Below, piece by piece: positions 57,513 to 64,000 of a DNA stretch of 64,000 bases. The DNA is from Bacteroidota bacterium (GTDB lineage: Bacteria > Bacteroidota > Bacteroidia > Bacteroidales > JAIFNL01). The position numbers and the translations under genes were made by a program. A model generated the notes under the pieces. The model saw nothing but the letters and a program-made list of their open reading frames with translations, had not been told where the DNA came from and made no database searches. Position 1 is the first letter of the stretch. Each line of letters starts with the position of its first letter. Location: positions 1,726 to 65,725 of the forward strand of contig JAIFNL010000049.1 in NCBI GenBank assembly GCA_020047755.1, in the 5' to 3' direction.

Positions 57513-57590
57513 CGGTTCGACCGGCTTGTCCGGTCTGTCCGATGATTTACTAACAGCCTAACCGACAGACCGACAAGTCGGTCGAACGGT
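57513..57590. repeat. GC-rich imperfect inverted repeat (about 26 bp paired, ~20-nt loop) in an AT-rich divergent spacer
   Basis: Left arm CGGTTCGACCGGCTTGTCCGGTCTGTCCG (57513-57541). Right arm AACCGACAGACCGACAAGTCGGTCGAACGG (57560-57589). They pair with one bulge, one G-U pair and two mismatches. The arms contain a 9-nt periodic CCGG(C/T)(T/C)TGT motif. Confidence 0.8.
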
Positions 57591-57834
57591 TCTTATTCAA
57601 ATTTAACGAAATATTTTTATTTTTAAAAGAAAGTTTTCTATTTCTATCGTTTTTTTCCAAAAACCATCATAACCTCCATTTTTTATAAAAAATAAATCTA
57701 AGTCCATTCAACTAAAATTAATCTATTTAATTGTTTTTCAATAAATTGAAAAAAACAAGAAAAATAATTTTTCACTGAAAAAAAACCGATTCTTTTTTTT
57801 TTGAAAATGATTTTTTAATTGTTTCTATTTTTTA

Positions 57835-57842
57835 TATTTTTG
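57835..57842 (+). promoter_or_regulatory. Candidate -7 promoter box (TATTTTTG)
   Basis: Matches TAnnTTTG 66 nt upstream of the ATG at 57908. Confidence 0.3.
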
Positions 57843-57907
57843 ATGAAATTTAATTTTTAAATTAATAGAAATAATACTAAAAGTATAATCAAAAATAACT
57901 GAAAATT

Positions 57908-58396
57908 ATGATTAAGCAAGTAGCAGAATTTTTCGCACGTGTAGGCAAAGAAGATATGCCATTTATTGAGTTAAAGGACAGAAAAACAAGGCTTTTTTTT
58001 ATTCCAGCCTCTGAAATTATAGGCAAAGATGAAACTCAAGGAGGTTTAATTACCGATTTGAAACTTTCAGAAAATTGGAAATTTAGAGAAATAAAATTGC
58101 TTGGAGAGCCTAAAATTACGGACAAAAAACGTGGAATTGCTCGCGTAGTGCAAGAAATTGAAACTGAGTATGACAATTCCGACAAAATTTCTGACATTTT
58201 TCAGCACATCAAAAATATAAGTCTCACACTAAGTGTTTTGCGCATCGATGCACAAGGAAATGCTTTTCTAATGGGCGAAAATAAAGGTATGCATTTGATT
58301 CGTTTCGATGAAAAATCGATAAAATTAGCTGGCGAAGAAGAAGATATTTTTTATAAAGTTAGTGCTGAATGTGCTTCAAAAATAATAAATATGTAG
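57908..58396 (+). CDS. Hypothetical cytoplasmic protein, no family recognised
   Basis: 162-aa ORF with ordinary composition for this window. No signal peptide, TM helix or motif that I can name. Preceded by a 600-bp spacer. Confidence 0.55.
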   Translation: MIKQVAEFFARVGKEDMPFIELKDRKTRLFFIPASEIIGKDETQGGLITDLKLSENWKFREIKLLGEPKITDKKRGIARVVQEIETEYDNSDKISDIFQHIKNISLTLSVLRIDAQGNAFLMGENKGMHLIRFDEKSIKLAGEEEDIFYKVSAECASKIINM

Positions 58397-58518
58397 TCAG
58401 AAGTTATATTTTAATATCTCAATTTTCTAAGAAAAGATTTGCTTGCGTTCTATTTTGATTGTAAATTTTTTACAAATGAAATAGTTTTAGCTGCAAAAAG
58501 AAGCAATATGGGCAAAAA

Positions 58519-59748
58519 ATGGTAAAAGGCAAAGAAATAAAACCGCACATAGGCATTTACGGGCGTCGAAATAATGGAAAAAGCTCACTTATAAATTTGC
58601 TTGCCGGACAAGGAGTTGCCATTGTTTCGGACATTGCTGGCACTACGACCGACCCTGTAAAAAAATCGTTCGAGATTACGGGATTTGGTCCAGTTATCCT
58701 TGTAGATACAGCTGGAATTGACGACGAAGGCGAACTTGGCAAACAACGAATTGAAAAGACTTTGGAAACCATCAAAATTATAGATTTAGCTATTTTGGTT
58801 ATTGTTTCAAATACTTTTGGAAGCTTTGAGCAAGATTTAATTAAAAATTTTGAGGATTTAGATACTCCTTACCTTATTATTCACAATAAATCGGACGAAA
58901 TAAAGCCTAAAAATGAATTTTTGATTGATTTGGAGATGAAAACTGGGCATTCTGTCCTTGAATTTAGTACTTTTAATCCAAAAAATTACGAGAATTTAAT
59001 AAAATTAATAAAACAAACAATTCCAGAATCGGCTTATAAAATACCTACCATGCTAGGAGGCTTAATTTCTTATGGGGATATTGTGCTGCTAATCACGCCA
59101 ATAGATATTGAAGCACCTGCCGGACGTTTAATTTTGCCTCAAATACAAGCTATTAGAGATATACTTGATAATGATGCAGTTGCAATAGTTTTAAAAGAAC
59201 GCGAAGTCGATGCTTTTTTGCGAAAAACAGGAATAAAACCAAAATTGGCAATTACAGATAGCCAAATTTTCTTAAAAGCCGATGCTTCCATTCCAAAAGA
59301 CATTCCATTGACCGGATTTAGTGTTGTGCTAGCCAGAATGAAAGGCGATTTCGATAATTACTTGAAAGGAACGCCCAAAATTAGCGACCTGAAAGACGGC
59401 GACAGAATTTTAATGCTCGAATCGTGCACGCATCACGTGTCGTGCGATGATATCGGACGCATAAAAATTCCACGATGGATTTCAAATTTCACAGGCAAAA
59501 AGCTTGATTTTGACGTAGTTGCAGGTTTAAGTAAACTCGAAAGAGATATTTCTGAATATGCCTTGGTAATTCAATGTGGTGGCTGCATGATTACACGAAA
59601 ACAACTCATCAACCGATTAAATCCTGCTAGTAAGTTAGATATTCCAATTACGAATTATGGAATGGCAATTGCTTATGTACAAGGAATATACGAAAGAGCT
59701 ATTGCGCCTTTTGTTCAAAATAATGATAATTCAACTGATTATTTATAA
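58519..59748 (+). CDS. hydF: [FeFe]-hydrogenase H-cluster maturation GTPase HydF-like
   Basis: 409-aa ORF. GTPase motifs: G1 GRRNNGKSSL, G2 GTTTD, G3 DTAG, G4 NKSD. The C-terminal cluster-binding region ESCTHHVSC...(~50 aa)...QCGGC fits the HydF C.H...(H)C..C pattern, with Q in place of the usual H. Confidence 0.8.
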   Translation: MVKGKEIKPHIGIYGRRNNGKSSLINLLAGQGVAIVSDIAGTTTDPVKKSFEITGFGPVILVDTAGIDDEGELGKQRIEKTLETIKIIDLAILVIVSNTFGSFEQDLIKNFEDLDTPYLIIHNKSDEIKPKNEFLIDLEMKTGHSVLEFSTFNPKNYENLIKLIKQTIPESAYKIPTMLGGLISYGDIVLLITPIDIEAPAGRLILPQIQAIRDILDNDAVAIVLKEREVDAFLRKTGIKPKLAITDSQIFLKADASIPKDIPLTGFSVVLARMKGDFDNYLKGTPKISDLKDGDRILMLESCTHHVSCDDIGRIKIPRWISNFTGKKLDFDVVAGLSKLERDISEYALVIQCGGCMITRKQLINRLNPASKLDIPITNYGMAIAYVQGIYERAIAPFVQNNDNSTDYL

Positions 59749-59794
59749 ACAAAGTTTCTATTTATTTTAAGTAAAATTTTCTCCTCGATAAAAT

Positions 59795-60034
59795 ATGAAA
59801 ACTCGTAAAAAAAGCAATCCACTTAGCGTTATTTATTTTTTAGCCGCTTTTGGTTTTACCTATTTATTAATGCCTTACGTGCTCAATTTTTTTAATATTT
59901 CGGATACAGAAGAACTGACTGTGCGTATCAAAAATGGACAGATTTTTCTCGAGTTTGTTGCTTTTGTAGTGATTTTTTTAAGTGTTGCATTTGCTATGGA
60001 ATTAGTATTCAAATTATTTAGAAAAAAACAATAG
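59795..60034 (+). CDS. Small two-TM membrane protein, function unknown
   Basis: 79-aa ORF with two hydrophobic helices (LSVIYFLAAFGFTYLLMPYVL; FLEFVAFVVIFLSVAFAMELVF) and a basic C-terminus. Support is limited to ORF integrity and hydrophobicity. Confidence 0.45.
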   Translation: MKTRKKSNPLSVIYFLAAFGFTYLLMPYVLNFFNISDTEELTVRIKNGQIFLEFVAFVVIFLSVAFAMELVFKLFRKKQ

Positions 60035-60062
60035 AGTTAAAGAAAATAAATTAATTGGGTAA

Positions 60063-61781
60063 TTACAAATATTTCTTATTTCGGCGATGACGCGATATTT
60101 TATTTGCTATCATTACCGAGTTTAGTGCAATTGCAATATTCTCAAGTGTTCCTTCCAAAAGTTTCAATTTTTTGCCATTAATTACTTCATAACTACCAAA
60201 TTCTAAAACTCCTATCACTTTTTTGTTCAATGAAAAAGGTAAAATAATTAAGTTTTTGGGTAAAATTTTAAGTGTGGAAGAACTACTATAAAAATATTGA
60301 TTTTCTATGTTTTCGATAGAAACAATTTTATTATCTAGTGCAGCTTGACCTACAAGTCCTTCGCCAATATTTATGTAATTATTAATGTTGTCATCGTAAG
60401 TAAGTGAATATGCTGCCGAAAGCTTTAGATATTTTGTTTTTTCGTAATGCAAATAAAGTGCTCCTATTTGAATACCAAGATATTTACACAAGAAAAACAA
60501 TATATTTTCTGACATATCTTTTATCGAAAAAATACCACGCATCGAATCGTAAAGCTTGCTCTGCCCTACCCTAATCCATTCAGCTATTGAATTTTGTTCC
60601 TCTATTGTATGCTCTTTTTCTTTTATGCTACGATGCGTAAATTCTATACTTCTAAATAGCTTTCCTCTAATATCTTTTAATTTTTTATACTTTGTTTTAA
60701 TTACTACTATTTTATTATCACTTGCAATGCTCAAAATATATTCAACTGCAAGGTAAAAAGGCTTCAATAAATAATTGATATAAAGTAAAATAGTAGCATA
60801 AAAAAGGATTGTTCCTAAAATAAAAAAGAAAAGAATTTTACTTTTCAAATTTTGCTTATCAGCATATAATTTATCATTTTGTTCACTAACAAGAATTGAA
60901 AAATGAGTTGTTAAATTTGGAACTTCAATAGGCGTAAGATAAACAGTTACTCGTTCATTTCGCTGTTTTAAATAAAGACTGGTTTTCAATTTTTTCTTCT
61001 CTTTCAATGCCTTAGAAAGAAAATCAAATTCGTTATAAAAAAAATCATTTTCGTCATTTGTTATTAATTTACCAATTTTCGCTCTATCGGTATGCGCCAA
61101 TATCCTACCATCGCTGCTATAAATAGCCATGTTTGAAGAGGTGTAATTACTATATTTTGTAAGTGTAGATTGAAAAAAATCGTAATTAAAGTCAACTCCT
61201 ACTACTGCCTGGAAATCATTATTCAAAATAATTGGCGAAACAATACTAGAAAGGATTATTTGTTTTTTTCCAATGCTATAACTTGTTGGTGGTAAAATAG
61301 TTAATTTCCTATTCTTTTTAGGCTCTAAATAATACTGCCCTAAAATAGGATCATTAAAGCTTACAAGTGTGTCAAGTGAAATTTTACCGTTTAACTTATT
61401 CCAATAAAGAGCTAAATTATTAATCAGCAAACTGTCGTGAGGAGTATCCCAAGCATTTGGTTCCCAAACAGTCCATATCCCAAAAATTTCAGGACTTGAA
61501 ACGATATTGGAACGCAAAATCCCAGAAACTAAATGAGGATAAGCCATCTGGTTTTGCTTGAGAGCCAAAAGAGAATGAGCAACAGAATTTGCCGTTTGAC
61601 TCGCTTTTTCCAACTTAGAATAGAGTTCGTAAACTATTTTATCGGTTTGTATTTTTATACGATTATCTATATTCTCATCTAAAAATTTATATATACTAGC
61701 TGCTACAATCCATACCAATGGAAGTGTTATAGCCAAGGAAATGAGGCTTGTAACAAATGCAAATTGAAATTTTGTATTCAT
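60063..61781 (-). CDS. Membrane sensor with periplasmic Cache-like domain and cytoplasmic GAF domain, no output domain
   Basis: 572-aa ORF. TM1 (FAFVTSLISLAITLPLVWIVAASIY), a ~280-aa extracytoplasmic region with Cache-like features, TM2 (ILFFFILGTILFYATILLYINYLL), a helical linker, then GAF (FLCKYLGIQIGALYL...IGEGLVGQAALDNKIV...LPFSLNKKVIGVLEFGS). The ORF ends right after the GAF domain. Confidence 0.7.
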   Translation of the reverse strand: MNTKFQFAFVTSLISLAITLPLVWIVAASIYKFLDENIDNRIKIQTDKIVYELYSKLEKASQTANSVAHSLLALKQNQMAYPHLVSGILRSNIVSSPEIFGIWTVWEPNAWDTPHDSLLINNLALYWNKLNGKISLDTLVSFNDPILGQYYLEPKKNRKLTILPPTSYSIGKKQIILSSIVSPIILNNDFQAVVGVDFNYDFFQSTLTKYSNYTSSNMAIYSSDGRILAHTDRAKIGKLITNDENDFFYNEFDFLSKALKEKKKLKTSLYLKQRNERVTVYLTPIEVPNLTTHFSILVSEQNDKLYADKQNLKSKILFFFILGTILFYATILLYINYLLKPFYLAVEYILSIASDNKIVVIKTKYKKLKDIRGKLFRSIEFTHRSIKEKEHTIEEQNSIAEWIRVGQSKLYDSMRGIFSIKDMSENILFFLCKYLGIQIGALYLHYEKTKYLKLSAAYSLTYDDNINNYINIGEGLVGQAALDNKIVSIENIENQYFYSSSSTLKILPKNLIILPFSLNKKVIGVLEFGSYEVINGKKLKLLEGTLENIAIALNSVMIANKISRHRRNKKYL

Positions 61782-61815
61782 TTTTACAATTAATTTTACC
61801 TAAAATAATAAAAAA

Positions 61816-64000
61816 TTAGCTATAAAGCCAAACTCTAATTAATGATATTAATCGCTCAACATCAACAGGTTTCGACAAATAATCTGTCGCACCAGCAGCC
61901 ATACATTTTTCTCTATCTTCCTTCATTGCTTTTGCTGTAAGCGCAATAATTGGCAATTTTAGATATTCTTTCAATTTCCGAATTTCTTTTATTGCTGTGT
62001 AGCCGTCCATTACGGGCATCATTATGTCCATCAATATCAGTTTTGTGTCTTTATTTTGGTCAAGCAACTGCAAAGCTTTTTTGCCATCTTCTGCTTTGAT
62101 AATCCGTAATCCTTTTTCTTTCAGTATTTTAGATAAGGCAAATACATTGCGCATATCATCATCTACTATCATTATTTTTTTGTCCTTAAAAATATCGTCT
62201 TTCGTTGTATGAATGTTGGTAATTATTTTTTGCATGTGGTCGGGCAAATCATCAATTACGCGGTGAAGAAACAATGCTGTTTCGTCCAAAAGTCTTTCTT
62301 CGGACTTCACTCCTTTGATGATAATAGAATCTGAATATTTTTTCAGTTGTGCATGTTCCTCTTTTGAAAGCTCTTTTCCGGTATATACAATTACCGGAGG
62401 AATTTTTATATCCTGCTCGCTCGAAAGTGAATTTAATAGCTCAGTACCTTGCATATCGGGTAATCCCAAATCAAGAACAACACAATCAAATTTGGTATTT
62501 CTTATCAAATCAATCGCTTCTTTTCCCGATGCTGCTTCGGTACAATTTACGTCATTACTTTTTATAAGCCTTACAATCGATTTTCTCAAATCGCTGTTGT
62601 CTTCTACAATGAGCAAGTCTTTTATTTTTTTATTTATCACATTTTCAAGAGTATTGAAAGCATTATCAAGTTTTTCAGAACTAATAGGCTTAGATATTAA
62701 ACCAACCGCTCCGCGCTTTAGTACATCACTTTCATCTTCTTCATTTGAAATAATATGAATAGGAATATGCCTTGTTATTTTTTTCTCTTTCAATATTTCA
62801 AGAACCTCTATCCCTGATATTTCTGGCAATTTCATATCCAAAATAATAGCAGTAGGAATATATTTAGTAGCAAGCTCAATGCCTTCTTCGCCTGAGGTAG
62901 CCGACAAAAATTTGAATCCTTTTTCGCTGCACATTTTGTGTAACGTTTTAGAAAACGAAATGTCGCTTTCAATTGCTAAAATAATTTTATCTGTTTTATT
63001 TATTTTTGCTCTATCATCAAAATTTGTGGTAAGAATTGCCTTAAAATTATTTTTTGTTGTAAGAAAAGCATCTAGTGATTTTTGCTTTCGTTCTTCTTTT
63101 TCAGTATTTAATTCCTTTATATTCAAATCATTGGCTTGATGATGCAGCTTCGTAGGAATATAAAACGTAAATTCGCTGCCAGTGCCATATTCGCTCTTCA
63201 ATTTTATCTCGCCACCTAAGAGAAGTACCAGTTGCCGAGAAATAGACAAACCTAAACCAGTACCGCCAAATTTTCGCGAAGTGCTTCCATCGGCTTGCTG
63301 AAATGCCTCAAATACAGCTATTAACTTGTCTTCTTTTATTCCTATTCCAGTATCTTTTACCGAAAAAGCGATTACTTTTTTAGCTTCTTTTAAACTAGGA
63401 ATTGTAAATAAATTGCGGTTTGTTTCTTCATAAACTGAAAATAATATCTTGCCTTTTAAAGTAAATTTTATGGCATTCGACATTAAATTTTTAATCACTT
63501 GAGTAATTTTTTGATAATCGGACAAGATATACTCTGGCAAATTTTCATCAAGCACAACTTGTAGTTCCAATCCTTTTTCTAAAATCATGTGGCTAAAAGT
63601 AGAATATACATTGCGCTCAAAATCCTGAAGCCTAAATTTGTCTAAATTTAAGCTCATTTTACCCGATTCTATTTTCGACAAATCCAGAATATCATTAATT
63701 AATTCTAGCAAATCATTGCCACTGTTATAAATAATTTTAGCGGATTCTATCTGCTCGCCGTTTAAGTTATTTGAGTTATTATCGGCTAAATTTCGTGCCA
63801 AAATGAGCAAACTATTTAAAGGTGTGCGCAATTCGTGCGACATATTTGCCAAAAACTCAGACTTATATTTGCTTATAATTTCAAGCTCTTTTGCTTTTTT
63901 GGTAATATTATTTCGCGCTTCCTCCAGTTCTTGGTTTTGAATAATAATTTCTTTTTTATGCTTTTCAAGGTAATTCGTTTTTTCTTCAAGTTCCTCGTTT
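61816..64000 (-). CDS. Hybrid sensor histidine kinase with three receiver domains (5' end lies beyond the window)
   Basis: The ORF track starts at TTG 63852. The frame stays open to position 64000 and reads ...NEELEEKTNYLEKHKKEIIIQNQELEEARNNITKKAKELEIISKYKSEFLANMSHELRTPLN, a coiled coil running into the H-box, so the gene is truncated by the window. N-box MSNAIKFT, G1 DTGIGI, G2 GGTGLGLSI. Three REC domains have phospho-acceptor contexts ILDMKLPEISG, VLDLGLPDMQG and LMDIMMPVMDG. Confidence 0.9.
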   Translation of the reverse strand, partial: NEELEEKTNYLEKHKKEIIIQNQELEEARNNITKKAKELEIISKYKSEFLANMSHELRTPLNSLLILARNLADNNSNNLNGEQIESAKIIYNSGNDLLELINDILDLSKIESGKMSLNLDKFRLQDFERNVYSTFSHMILEKGLELQVVLDENLPEYILSDYQKITQVIKNLMSNAIKFTLKGKILFSVYEETNRNLFTIPSLKEAKKVIAFSVKDTGIGIKEDKLIAVFEAFQQADGSTSRKFGGTGLGLSISRQLVLLLGGEIKLKSEYGTGSEFTFYIPTKLHHQANDLNIKELNTEKEERKQKSLDAFLTTKNNFKAILTTNFDDRAKINKTDKIILAIESDISFSKTLHKMCSEKGFKFLSATSGEEGIELATKYIPTAIILDMKLPEISGIEVLEILKEKKITRHIPIHIISNEEDESDVLKRGAVGLISKPISSEKLDNAFNTLENVINKKIKDLLIVEDNSDLRKSIVRLIKSNDVNCTEAASGKEAIDLIRNTKFDCVVLDLGLPDMQGTELLNSLSSEQDIKIPPVIVYTGKELSKEEHAQLKKYSDSIIIKGVKSEERLLDETALFLHRVIDDLPDHMQKIITNIHTTKDDIFKDKKIMIVDDDMRNVFALSKILKEKGLRIIKAEDGKKALQLLDQNKDTKLILMDIMMPVMDGYTAIKEIRKLKEYLKLPIIALTAKAMKEDREKCMAAGATDYLSKPVDVERLISLIRVWLYS

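Noticed and set aside
57513-57590. Reading the GC-rich hairpin as a tRNA (it contains a GGTTCGA T-arm-like string) or as SRP/4.5S RNA.
   Set aside because: It has no cloverleaf, acceptor stem or anticodon arm. It lacks the conserved SRP domain IV motifs (GGAA-type tetraloop, AGCA bulges). It is kept as an unexplained hairpin finding instead.

Overview
AT-rich chromosomal segment. The encoded proteins look Bacteroidota, Bacteroidia-like and probably anaerobic: a HydF maturase, S46/DPP7, DPP4 and tricorn peptidases, a TonB-dependent receptor, a ParC with the Bacteroidota-type N-terminus, and TAnnTTTG-type -7 promoter motifs. I can support about 41 coding regions, two of them truncated by the window edges. 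I found no rRNA, tRNA, CRISPR array, integrase or clearly bounded mobile element. Content falls into three groups. (1) Housekeeping: ligA, parC, ahpC, xseB, a pabB-like gene, an acyltransferase and an LTA-synthase-family sulfatase. (2) Many peptidases: M28-PDZ, tricorn, DPP4, S46 and an HExxH protein. (3) Heavy signal transduction. Candidates worth follow-up, none proven: (a) a tightly spaced six-gene minus-strand cluster (427-14444) headed by a membrane-split nSTAND NTPase-WD40 protein, followed by a TPR-TonB receptor, an HMGL-like synthase, a small OMP, an NTT/TLC-HEAT-cNMP-like transporter fusion and a propeller-PP2C phosphatase; (b) all three chemoreceptor-modifying enzymes (CheR, CheD, CheB) arranged around a sensor-less histidine kinase and a translationally coupled LacI regulator, with no MCP, CheA or CheW in view; (c) an Rpn-family nuclease whose C-terminus carries a perfect in-frame 24-bp tandem array and whose 3' end is tandemly duplicated with a different repeat count; (d) a GC-rich 78-bp imperfect hairpin isolated in a very AT-rich divergent spacer; (e) a Ser/Thr kinase with three Ig/BACON-like modules on the cytoplasmic side of its only TM helix. 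All domain calls come from reading motifs by eye. No database search was run.
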